A stretch of 64,000 bases of DNA. It comes from Lingula anatina. Its lineage: Eukaryota; Animalia; Brachiopoda. A program made the translations under genes and the position numbers. The notes beneath the pieces were generated by a model that made no database searches, had not been told where the DNA came from, and saw only the letters and a list, made by a program, of their open reading frames with translations. Positions within the stretch are counted from its first letter, which is position 1; each line of letters begins with the position of its first letter. The DNA lies in NCBI GenBank assembly GCA_051362555.1, contig CM120640.1, forward strand, positions 56,832,788 through 56,896,787, read 5' to 3'. Shown in pieces: positions 14,901-28,200 of the stretch.

Positions 14901-16208
14901 GTGGGTTGTTCCAGAAAGAAAGATATGATTGAGAAAACAAGAAGCTGTGGACGAGTAACTTATTTGGGCTATATTTAACAGCTGATATTCAAACTGTTTC
15001 TAGGTACCCTGAGGAATCCATTGCCACTTTTCACCATTTGAATGGTATGGATGGATGATTTTCCAGACGATCAATGGAGGTCTGAATTGCATTATCACTG
15101 TGGTGATCCCTAAATGTTTCAGTATGTTATTGGAACCTTATAGATGACTGTGGTCCTATATACCTTGTGATGTATTATCATGGCATCTCTTAAGAAATCG
15201 ACTGCCCGGCTGATACGGTCCCTGTCCATGGTGGAGCCTGTGCGGAGAACTGGTGGGAACAGTGATGTGTTATCAGGTGAGCTGCACGTACTCACCAAGC
15301 CCCATCCTCACCAGCACACTACAATGGATTATTTGTAAAATCCTCCCTATATAATGTATACTTTTACCCGATCAAATGTACAATAATTGTATACACTTAC
15401 CTGATGGGGAAAAATAAAAGTCCTTGAATACCCTGAAGTAGATTTATTCTTTGTACTTCTGCTTCTGATATGTATAGTCTTTGTTCATAATCTTTCACTG
15501 GTCAGCTAGCTGATTGATTCTATTTAGTATGTACTATGATTCATTAAGTGGGTGCATGCTGAAACAAAAGGAGGTGAGTATAGTATAAACATATAGATAC
15601 CTTGGACTGTGAAAGCTGGGAATACCCTCTGCCTTTTAAAAGATAAAAGCTACATTATTTAAAAGTTGATGAAGTTAGTAAGTTGGAAAGGGAAAGACCA
15701 GGCATTAAAAAAATCAGAGGTAAGTGCATGCCATTTATAATTTTCCATTTGACTTCAGGATGTCAAAGTTAAGACATATATATGCTTCAGATTCTTGTAA
15801 ATTGCAGCAAGTTGAACAAATTTAAAAGGTTTGTCACAGACAGGGGGATTGTATATTATATTTGTATTGTTTAACATATAACACAATCAAAATTATCTCA
15901 TGTTGATGCAGTATTCTGTAGCAATAATTTGTACACCATGCCTTTAAGTATCTGAAGACAATGTTTCACTAGTTGGTTATATATTCTTTTAAGACTGGTG
16001 TATTACTTACAGAATTTGGTTAAATTGCTTATTAATTTCAAGAAATATTTCAGTTATATATATATGTTTTATGACTTGTAAATCTTTGTCTTTACAAACA
16101 CACAGCAGTAATTGATGAAGATCAAAATTATGGCAGTGACACAGCTCCTAGGTCCCCTGCCTTCCAGGGACAGAGAAGTAAGGTAAGTAGTATTGGAAGA
16201 GGGGCTCC

Positions 16209-16244
<36 letters not shown>

Positions 16245-19200
16245 GGAATTTGTAGAAATGTGACAGAAAAATTGACATCTGCTGCCATAAGGCTTCCTGC
16301 CTAGGTATGACCTGTTTTGTCTTGCTATTTACAAGTCTCAAAATAGATAATGTGAAATTCATTTATTTATTTATTTAAAAACTGTTGAACAACTACAGCA
16401 GTGAATTGATGGTTATGTACAGTTGATAGATTACTATACATGTGTGGCATGTAGTACTTAAACAATTTCTCATATCCTGATCATTCCTTATCTCGATATA
16501 TATTCACTAAGTCATTCAATTTGCAAAGATAAATTATAAATTGACAGACCCCTAACAAGTAAACTATATACTGAATTTTAAGTGTAAATTTTTTTTTCAA
16601 ATTGAAATGTCTGGAAATGTGTCACAACTGTACTGAAGGTTATTACATCAATCAGCAGGTTCAGTAATCCATTCAAGTCAACTATAGGTCAGACTAAGTA
16701 TTAATGAGTATTTTATTTTAGACTGGCGTCTGTATTGATTTCTTGCCTGGAGTATAAGACTTAATTTAGGATATGTCTGTAATTTAAGCACAGAGTAATT
16801 TGATCTTCACACAAAAAAACACCACCACATTTGTAACTGGTCATCAAAAGTACTTTTTTCTTCATTTTATTTGCTTTCTACTATTTACTGTAATGGTTAT
16901 GGTGTTATGCTTGTTACATTTTTTCTCACACTTATATTCAATTTTCTTCTGCATATATATTTTCTCTTAAGCTGTTAGGGCATTTTTAAATATAAAACAT
17001 TTTAAATGTTATATAATGGCCCAGTTCTTGTATCATAAACTGCACTCTATATAGTAATTATCCTCTTAAAGCACTTCTTATTATATTATTTTATTGGGGT
17101 ATTTAACCTGAGGCCAGTTGGCTTCATTAAAGGTCAAATAAAATAAAACCTCATTGACCTACCTGTAAATCAATATGTTACCTTATAGCCCCCATGGCTG
17201 AATAATCATGGCCATAGTTAAACAGATTTTATAAGAAGTAACTTGCCATTTCTTTTATTCTATATTATCATATAAGCAATGACTCTCTACATAACATGCC
17301 ACTTGAAAGCATTACTGGTGTTCAAACATAATTCAACAGTGAGTGACATACATCAATAAAACTTGTATATTTACATGTGTATATATGTCCAGAAATGGAA
17401 CACACTGGCAAAGAGAAGCCTGTTATGGCCTAAATGTAGGGAGGATGGGGTTGTGTTATATTTGTTTTAAAGCATAACAGGTAAATTTTCTGTGTCAGAT
17501 GAAAGGAATTTTGGAAGCAAAAATCAAATGTGGCCTGACTTGAATTTGACATGTTTGTCATGAATGTTTAAATATGATGAAGCTCTGGAACTGTTAAAAG
17601 AGACAAACAAATACGAGAAAACAAAGAGGCTCATTGAATTTTATTGGAAAATAAAAAAATTGATAATGTTATGAAGAATGTTTAGATGCTGTGTTGAATG
17701 AATGCATTAGTAGGTGAAGTTATTCACAGAAAGATGTTAAAAATGCTGTCAAATTTCTCTCTTAGAATATTTCAGACTAAAAATCACAGCAACTTAAAAA
17801 AACATCATTTGCCTATGTTAGAACAGTCCAACTTGAAATGCTTACATCGAGTTGTTTTTAGCAAATATTCAACAAGGCCTACTATAGTTTAAGGCTACCC
17901 TTGTTAGAAAAAGGGGGATTCTTTAATAGGTTTCCTATTCACATTTTGAAGAACTCTTATTGTATTGCAGTCTGAAGGCAAGCTGCAGAGCTTTCACCCA
18001 GCAGTTGGGAAATTTCCCAAATCAAGGGAATCTCTTAAGGTAGGTGACCAGGCATATTTGAGATACTTCTATAGTTAACGGTCCATAGTTAACATTTAAA
18101 AAGGGAAGGTGCCCAGTGTTTGATAATAATATTTATTCTTGCAACTAAAAGTTAGATTGTATATGCACGAAAGGAATAAACAAAGTAACCAAAACACATT
18201 ATAACATTAAAAACAACAACAAAAAAAAAAATCACCAATTAAAATATTAAATCAATTTAAATCAGTAAGTTTTTTAAAATGTTCAATAACATAAAAGTAG
18301 AATTAATTTATTAAAATATTAAATCTATCAACTTTAATAACTTAATTAGTTTGAAGTAATGAAGTTTTATTTATTTATTTATTTATTTTTTTGAGAGCCC
18401 ATGGTATAAAAATCTTTGCAGGTCTTTTTTATGTTCATGTCCTTCTATGCACATACTTGTAAATATCTAGACATAAATCATTGGCTTGCTTTGCCATAAA
18501 ACGGAGTTTGTCTTTTGTAAAGCCTTAGTGTACCAGAAGTCTGGATATGATATCTTTAAAAATCTTTCTTGGACTGATTGATTTTTTTGGCTGGGCACTT
18601 GGTCAGTCCAGGATGCTACATTTCAGCAGCAGAATGATATTCTAGGGTAGGTCTTACAACAAACGTATATTTTCAGCCACTCATTAAAACAAATGCAAGT
18701 TTTTTTTCTAAAAACTCATATTTACTAATTTTCTTGGAAACTCTATTTTTCTCTGATCATCCTTTCCTGACACTGGTCACTTGGTAACATTCGGAGAAAA
18801 ATTTAAGTAATTTTCGTATTCTGCCAGCAGTTTCAGCACAGACTTCCAGGTTGAACTGGATTTAAAAAATGTGTCAAGATTGCCAACAGGTGACAAGATT
18901 CATCAGGGTGTGGAAGATTACTTTTGTCAACATCAATGACATTAGTGTACAAAAATGCATAAAAATAATTAAATGTTTTTGGATAAATTCAGTATGAAGT
19001 GTTTTATTTACTGTTAAGTTAAAATGTGTGTTTAAAATCTTGCATTTGTCCCTTAATTCTTCAGAAAAAATACTATTAGACTGATCCAAACAAGTGCTAA
19101 AATTCCACTAGTCTCATCATAGTCTCAATCCTACACACACTGGACAACAGAAGTGTCACCTCTACTGAACCAATGCTTTGGAGGAGATAAATGACTGTGG

Positions 19201-22200
19201 AATGATATGCTCTTGGCATCATTTTATTAACATCAAATTTCACAAAAGAAACAGTTCTGACTGAACAATTCAACTGTATCGATATTCTGACATTGCTTAT
19301 ATTTCACCTCTTCAGGTTAATAATTTTGATTACTCTGATTCAGGGGGTGACACTTCTATTGTCCAGTGTGTGTATTTCTAACAGTATATGTTATAATTTA
19401 TCCCTAATTCCAAACCAGCATCAACTGAGATTTTTTTCAGTAGTGTAGCAGAACTTTTCTTTTAGAAGAGATACTGATAGTATCCTATAAAATCTTAAAA
19501 AGCACAAGGTGGGAGATTGGAATTGTGCATGTTTTGGTATATGTATTTGTTTTCAGAAATGTCTTACCAGCAGATCTGATCAATAAAACAGTATTGGAAG
19601 TTTTCCCTACACCTGGTCCCGTTTACCACCAGTGGGCCACAGGAGGCCCATGTATTGACACTGCTTGAAAAACTTGCTTTTATGATTGGCCTGGTGAAGT
19701 GTTTGTGTACCCTTCCCTATTTTGGCCTCCTCATGCATGTTCATGTACTTATCCACTACCCTGTTTATAAGGTAGAGGAATCCGCTTGCACCTGACAAAC
19801 CTGACAAACAGCTCAAAAGAAAAAAGTTGCTCCGAAATTCTGATGAAAATAAAAACTGAATTTTTGAAAATTAGTACCTCTGCCAATTGGAACAATGAAT
19901 AAAATAAATTTAATTTACTAAAATGTGATTCAGATGCCATCAAACTGGCTTGCAATTTAAAATACTTTGCTGCTAGTATATATATATATATATATTAGTA
20001 ATAAGCTCTACAGAAGTCAGTAAAACAGTTCATAGTAAGGGCAAAACAATTGAGAGCAAACAAAGTGTGATTTGACCTTGTAGAGACAATGAAGAAATGG
20101 TTTCAGTTTCATGCTTGTGGTAGAAGAACAATTAGGAAGAAAGAGCAATTGATTCTCTCATTCAATATGATATATGTTATGATCTTTGTTTGTGGAACTA
20201 TGTCCCATAATGTTTGAATTTGGCTTATCAGTGAAATGGACCCCAAGAATATATGCACATACCACATATATCTAAAAAAGTTTTTTAAAAAGGCTAAACA
20301 GTGCATGATTAAACAATGTTTTGTATGGAGAATCTTTTTAATTGTTATTACAGGTCCAGAAGAAAAATTACAGGAAGGAAAAGAAGCGAGCTACTAAAGA
20401 ATTGCTGCACACTCTCAAAGACCCCACAGTTATTGTGATGGCAGACTGGTTGAAGATACGTGGGACTCTGAAAGGTTGGACCAAACTGTGGTGTGTTTTG
20501 AAACCAGGACTATTGATTCTGTACAAAAGCCCAAAACAAAAGGTATGTTACATTCTACATGACTCATGATTCTGATTTTTATAAACCACTTTGGAAATTA
20601 CTTAAAGAAAATCAAATTTTTTTTTGAGCAATTTAGATTTATATGTTCATGAAGTGATCTATTTGAAAATGCATGTTAGAATAGTTATTACTATTATTGG
20701 CACATTTTGATGTAGTCATGTGCTGTGCAGTGATGTTAAGGTCATGAGGACTCTGTTGTAAATCACTTACCAACGTAGTAATCAAATGGATTATTTGGAT
20801 TCTATGTTCAAAACTGAATTGGCATACTAATCACTGGATTAGTCCAGTGCCCACAGTGTTGCAGCATAATTAGCATATTTGGAGGAAAGTGGGATTAGAA
20901 ATAATGGCATACTATGTTGCAACATATAAAATCTGACAACATGTACAGATATTTTTTTAGTTGTTTTCTCTACAATTCTACAATATTACAGTTTGTTACA
21001 CAACAGAATAAAGTTACCATATTCTCCATGAGCAAAAATGTTCATATTCACCATTTTTTGCCATCTCTTTTGCATTGCTTTGTAAGACAGCCTTCCTCAA
21101 GCCTACCCAACTACCACACGCGGCACGGAAGGATCTAGAATTCACTGTAGATCAGATCACGCTACTGTTTTTCAAGGTGTGTATCATTATGTGCTTCGTA
21201 GTATCAGATGTGGCACCCTCGCATCATCACAATGATATTGCGTACCAGGCAAGAGGGTGCTGTGTCTGATACTTCCGAGCATACTGATACACACCTTGAA
21301 AACGGATAGTGTGATCCGATCTATGGTGAATTCTGGTGAATTCCATGCCATGTCTGGTAGTTGGGTAGGCCTGTTCCTGATGCATAGAGTTTCATGCAGA
21401 AAAGTTACCCCTGCCCTCCGAGGGTGCCACATCTGATACTACGAAGCACATAATGATACACACCTTAAGGCAGTACCAACAGACTCACATTAGTCTATCC
21501 TGGATGAGTGCCATTGTGTGTGTGTGTTTGGTGTGCAGTTTCAGCAACAAGACAGTAAAATCTTCTTCAAATTGCAGAGTAAACACTGGGTTGGGACTAT
21601 TCTGCTGAACACTACAGAACTTATAGAAAGACCATCCAAGAAAGATGGGTTCTGTTTTAAGCTGTTTCATCCCCTAGACCAGTCTATATGGGCTCCAAGG
21701 GTAGGTGTCTGCTTACTGTCCATATGGCATTTATAAATATGAATCCAATATGTCATGTTCCAAGATAAAATAAGAAGTAGGTTCTTCACAGATTTCCACC
21801 AATTTACAAAACAGTTTCAAAATTGTTTTGGTTTTAGATCATTGTTCTTGATCATTTTTTTAACTTAATGTGCATTTTAAAAGTAATCTTTGTGCCATTT
21901 TAATTCCAGGGCCCCAAAGGAGAAACAATAGGAGCAATAACTCAGCCACTGCCTTATTCCTATCTCATATTCCGAGCTCTGTCAGAGTCAGCAGGTACGT
22001 GGGATTCTATAATTGAAAAATATTTGTTTTTTTCTGGGAGTTGATAACAATAATTTTACTGGAACAAGCTATCTCAGTTCTCATTTACCTGTTTTAGGCT
22101 GTTAATTATTAACACAGGACTGAACATTAATGTTTGTATTGTAGATATGTTTTGAATAATTAAGGTATTGAACATACATTCTGAGTTAATGAAGCTTCTT

Positions 22201-25200
22201 TTTTCATATATAATTTCCCATTGAAACTTTTTTATTCATCTCAGGAAAATGTTGGATGGATGCCCTTGAACTAGCACTGAGATGTTCAAGCTTGCTAATT
22301 CGCTCCATGACAAAGGACAAGGAAAGTGCCAACGCCTCCTTAGCTTCCAATATTAGTCAAGAATCCTTTCTCACAGCTGCCTCACAAAACTTCAATATTG
22401 GGGAAAATATGAATGAAAGTGACTGTGAAAAGCACTTTCTTGAATTCGGTAAGGCCCTTGTGAACAGTCCACGGTTTAAATGATATCACTTGGCATATGA
22501 TTGTGATTAATACAGTAAATATATTATATTTTATATAGATATCTATCTTTCCCATCTTACAAGATAAGAAATAAAAATCGATATGATCAGATGCTTACAG
22601 ATCAGTGATTGGGTTGTATGACCCATATAAGTGTTTTGCCATTTTCCCAAGCTATTTCAAAGGTAACGATCCCTCATTTTCTTCAGATTTGTTTTAAGTA
22701 ATGCATCTGTTACATGATTATTTTACTTATCATTTTAGTCAGCTATAGTTTTGAAACAGACTTTGTTTCAAATTTACTTGGATTTCGTGGATTGTCAATC
22801 ATTGCATATATTTTTAGAAAATTGGATAACAAATAATTTTAGATCTAGAAGACCATGAAGATAAGACAGACAAAGAGGACCGTGACAAGAGTGAGTTTGA
22901 GAAGAGTGAGGACAGCAGCTGCTCAGAGTCGGATGAAGATGAGGTGGACACCATCAATGATGACCTCCAGCCAATGGAGACACCATATGTAGAGAATATA
23001 GAGGATGAGCAAAATGTGGCTGTAAGAATATCATCAACCGTCTTTGTTTCAATTTCATTTGCTCTAACACAGGTGGAATGTGGTGACTGTATGGAAAATA
23101 TGTCTTTTTGATTGACTTGTATTTCAATCTTTATCTTAGTGGGAAACAAGTGACACATGGTCCTTTCTGTAGTGAAGACTACTGTTAATAAGTGACAGAT
23201 ACAATACGAGTCGCCGAGCTGTACGTGAAATATTACGAGTGTATTGTCTCGCCGCAGGCGAGACAATACACTCGTAATATTTCACGTACAGCTCGGCGAC
23301 GAGTGTTGAATCTGGCTTAAACCAAGGCCTCTGATTGGCTACTACACTAGTAATGCAACAGACCGTGGAACGCACTCGTACATGACGTGCTTGTATGTCG
23401 AATACAGCACAGCCAAGTCTTTTTGTTCTACGCGTTAGCCGTGGTTTAACTTCCATTGGATTACTATTTGCATTCACTGACATGTCTGTATTGATTTGTT
23501 ACATTGCAGTACCAGCAAGGAGATGGGGTTCAGACCTCAGAGGTTGCTGATGAAAATAAGAGCATAATTTGGGCTTTGGTGAAACAGGTATGAAAGAGAA
23601 TGTTATTAATGCTGAGGAACATGCTAGAAAGTGTAATTTGATGTTTTTCAGTTATTTGAAATTAAACAAAGGATGCATACATAACTTCTGGGTGACATCA
23701 ATCCAAGGTTATTACAACTTTATTAAATGTAAAATTGCACTAAAACTAAATCAAACTCACTGTCAGAACCCAGTGTCACAGTGGCTGTTCATTACCCTAG
23801 GTTCGTCCAGGAATGGACCTGTCTAAAGTGGTGCTGCCTACATTTATCCTAGAACCCAGATCACTGCTGGAGAGATATGCTGACTTCTACTACCATGCTG
23901 ATATCCTGTCTGGGTAGGTAGGGTCTAGAAGGGGAGCTTGCCATGTACAAAATACTGGGAGAACATTTCTAACTTAGATTGAAAAATTGCATATATATGC
24001 TTCTTGTATGAAACATTTTTTTAGCTGATGTTGATAAAATAATAATAAGGATGTACATTATTTTTTCTTTCTGATAAACCTGACAGGGAGTTGTTTTGTT
24101 CTTAGTGCTGTTCTGCAGGAAGATCCATATTCCAGGATGAAAAGTGTGGTCAAGTGGTATGTCTCTGGATTTTATAAAAAACCAAAGGTAAAAAACACAA
24201 AGCATTATATAACCTGTATGTATAGTCCCCTAAATCACATAAGTGTTGGATGTCTTTACAACAGCAAATGACATGGTGTTCAATTTCATTGTGCATTATT
24301 ATCCAGTATATATATTTTTCTAACTTTGAATAAAAGGTAAATAATTTTGGAATGTGAAAGGTAATTACAAGTGGGAAAGGTTTTTCTAGATTTTTGGAGC
24401 AATAGGCATGCATTTGTTTTTTCAGGGTGCTAAGAAGCCATATAATCCCATCTTAGGGGAGACCTTCAGATGCTGCTGGAAACATCCTAAAACTGACAGT
24501 AGGACATTTTATATTGCTGAACAGGTAACAAAACAATCACAGCATGCAAAAAATCAAAGTGATGGTGTGAAGATTTTATTTTTGTGAAATGATCCTGATA
24601 ATTAACCAAGCAGATAATTTTACATCTTCCAGCAGTTGTTACCTTTTCTTAGATGACCTGGCCACTGTCCTCAAAGGGCTGGTTCCTTCAGTGTTTGACC
24701 AAAAGCTATTATATTTTGAGAGATCTTTTTGTACAATTAATTGTAGATCTCCCACCATCCTCCAATGACTGGGTTCTGTGTGATTAACAGGAAAGATGGT
24801 TTCAGCATCAATGGTTGTGTCCTGGCTAAATCAAAATTTTATGGTAAGTGGGAAAATGGAACTAAAGGAAATTAGTAAATACATGATCACTACATTTGAT
24901 AACATTTGTGGCATTTTTTTTCTTTTTTTTAGGACAAGCGTTTTTTTCCCCATCATGCAAACTTTTGAATATTTGAAGTGGTACTGCCAAATAATGATAT
25001 TTTGGACATTCATTCTGAAATTTTAAAGGATGGTTTTTATTCAGGTTTGAAATAATGCCCAAAATTGAGAAGTCTTTATAATATATTATCCAGGGAATTC
25101 CCTCTCAGCTATAATGGATGGTGGTGGTAGGCTGACATTTCTGAAGCGTGGTGAAGATTACTTGATCACTATGCCTTATGCTCATTGCAAAGGTAAGTTT

Positions 25201-28200
25201 TATATGCATGCTGTGAAACTGCACCGTAGTCCACCATATGTTGCGTGCAGAGAGCAATTTTAAAGCCAAATAAAACTTTGATAGCAAGACTTTAAAATGA
25301 CGATTTAAATAATATTTTCCTTGCATGAAACTATTGTGATGTTTTTGATAAACATACATTGCCATATTAGAAGGTAGAAACTGTAGGTAAATATAAACGT
25401 TTTAATACTCATCATGTAGTTATCTATAACCTTTTGACAATCTTTAAGGAGTCTTAATAGGAACACTTACAATGGAGCTTGGTGGAAAGGTGCGCATTGA
25501 ATGTGAGAAAACGGGATACAAGACTGAGTTGGAGTTCAAACTCAAGGTATCTTTTTTGTTAAGCAAGCCAGTGTATGGGAAGATAAAACCAGTCACAAGT
25601 TTTGTTTGCCTTGTTGAAATATCCCAAAGGCTGCTCAGCTGAATGTGCATCACTGTTTACAGTCAGACTTACATATATGTCACAGGCAAGATTGAAATTC
25701 AGGCAAATTGAAGTATTGAAGTGACAGACAATTTTGAATTATAACTAGTTTAATCGCATCCCTAATAAAGCCATTTTGGTCATAGAATTTGTGGTTTAGA
25801 ACAACTTATATTAAATGTATTGCATGTGAGAACTACAAAACATTTATTTCTATTTTTGCCTCAAATAAGGGCTCTTTTGGCTGCATATGTCAGGTCTATA
25901 GGTACTTTGACAAACATTTTGAGAAATCCATGCTTCTTACATGGCACTTTGAGAGAAGCGATTAAATGAAATAGTTGGGGTCATATATATTACATGTAAT
26001 AAGACATCAGATCAGTTAGGTGTGGAATAGTCAGGTACTACAGGTAAAGAAAAAGGCCTGCGATTGTAGCTATTAAAAATAACTGATCAGTTAGGTGAGG
26101 GGAAATTTAGGTAAAACAGATAAAAGAAAGTGGTTGTGATCTCAAGCATCAATAAAATAACTGTCATGACATTTCAGATGTGGTAAACTCAGTTAAAACT
26201 GTTTAGGAAAAATGCTTGTGTGTATTTATTTATTAATTTAAGTATCACCTCAGGGTGAAATAAATGAAAAACACAAACATAGCATCTAACACATAAAAAA
26301 ATCATTCTAAAATATGGTCAGGTTTAAATATAACATAATGATTAAAAAATTTTGATAATTAGGATAACGGATAACTTAGTGATATTGAATAAGAAACAAA
26401 GAATTTTCAACTTCTTGATTATAACATGACACATCTAACTATAAGCCCTTTGTTTTCCTTGCTAATTGCTTCTTATTGGGTCAACAAATGACTGTTTTAT
26501 AGTATAAAAATGAAATTGAACTAAAATGTTTGTCAAAGTACATTTGGGACTGATATGCAGCCATGTGGGGCAATAAAAAAATGAAAATAAGTGTTTGTAA
26601 TCCCTTGTATGCAAGATAGTAAATAAAAGATGCTCTTAACCATATATTGTCTAACTAAAATGACTTTAGTAGCTAAGTGATTAATCTATTTATAATTTTA
26701 AAATGTCTGTGACTTGGGATCTGGCCTAGGCTGATTTTAAATCCACTTAAGCAAGATTCAAAATTCAATCTCGCCTAGGCAAGATTGTGATTTCAATATC
26801 CCCTACATGGATTTCAATCTTGTCTGTGACATATATACTGGCTATTAACCTTATTGTTTGTTCTTTATCTTAGTAATACCGGTACATGACAGTAGTTAAA
26901 AATTTCCTTTTCTATTACAGCCTTTCTTGGGCAGCCCAGAACAGTGCAATAGGATTATAGGCAAAATCAGATTTGGAGAAGAAACCCTTGCAACAGTGCA
27001 TGGACACTGGGATCAAGAAATATACATTACTGACAAAAGCACTGGGGTGAGACATAAAGCATTATTAATATTGAATTATTTGTATGTTGGTTAATTCATG
27101 AAAAGTTGTTTTCAGCAAATGAAATGGTAATCTACATTGGATGTACTCATAATTTTCAGTTCATCCAAGTCTGTATTTCATTGCAAGATTAAATGAAGTA
27201 CACGTTTTTCTATTTGAAATAAAGAAATACATATTTTTACACATAACAGGAGACAGAAGTGTTCTGGGGTGTTACTTCAGATGTCAGAGCAGGGAGATTA
27301 AAGAGGTTTACTGTGCCTCTTGAGCATCAGGAAGAGTTTGAATCTGTTAGGTAAGAGTCTCCCCACTAGCACATACCAATAGCATAAAAGGGTGGTCAGG
27401 AAAAAAGTGTAATTGTATGAGAATCTCCTGTAGCATCCTTTTTTTTCATTCACTCATACTGGCGACATATGAGAAAAGGTTATTTTTGATAAACATGCTT
27501 TTTTACAAATTAAAGAAATATCTTTTAGTTTCCAAGATTGTCTACAGTATGTGACTGCAGTAGTAAAATGATGTTTTTCAGGCTGTGGCAGCATGTGACA
27601 GCTGCATTATTAAGATCAGACCAAGAAATGGCCACCCATGAGAAATTTATCCTGGAAGATGCCCAACGAAAGGCAGCCAAGGAGAGAAAAGCCCTCAGTG
27701 TAGAATGGGTGCCGAGGTTGTTTGAAAGAGATCCACTGACAAATGATTGGGTGTACAAGTATCTAGAGTAAGTAATGCTGTGAGTGAAATGTAAAATTTT
27801 GAAAGATTTTGTGCATTGCACTGCAGTTTCACGTATTTTACAGTGTGAAATAATTATATAAAAATCACTTTTTTTTTTCAAATCATTTTAAGAATATGTC
27901 AGAAATATTGTGGTGGGAGAAGCACTAAACTATGACTGCAGATTAAAGCAGTATGTGAGCAAGTCCATTAAACTTTGAAAAAAAATTTAGTTCCAGGCCC
28001 TGGGACCCAATAAACGATGTGATTCAGTATGAAAAAGACTACATGGTCATGACCAAAACCAGGCGAAAAGTACCAATTGTACGTACAACCAGCATTCTCA
28101 GTGTGAACAACAAGCCTGATAAAAACAGCAGAAGGCAAAAATCTGTAGAACACTCAAGGGCAGTGGCCCGCATTAAAAGGAATGCTCACATGAGGGAATG

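Noticed and set aside
22814-23483. 150-aa and 115-aa minus-strand ORFs
   Set aside because: Antisense shadows of an OSBPL8 exon and the palindrome; no recognisable domain.
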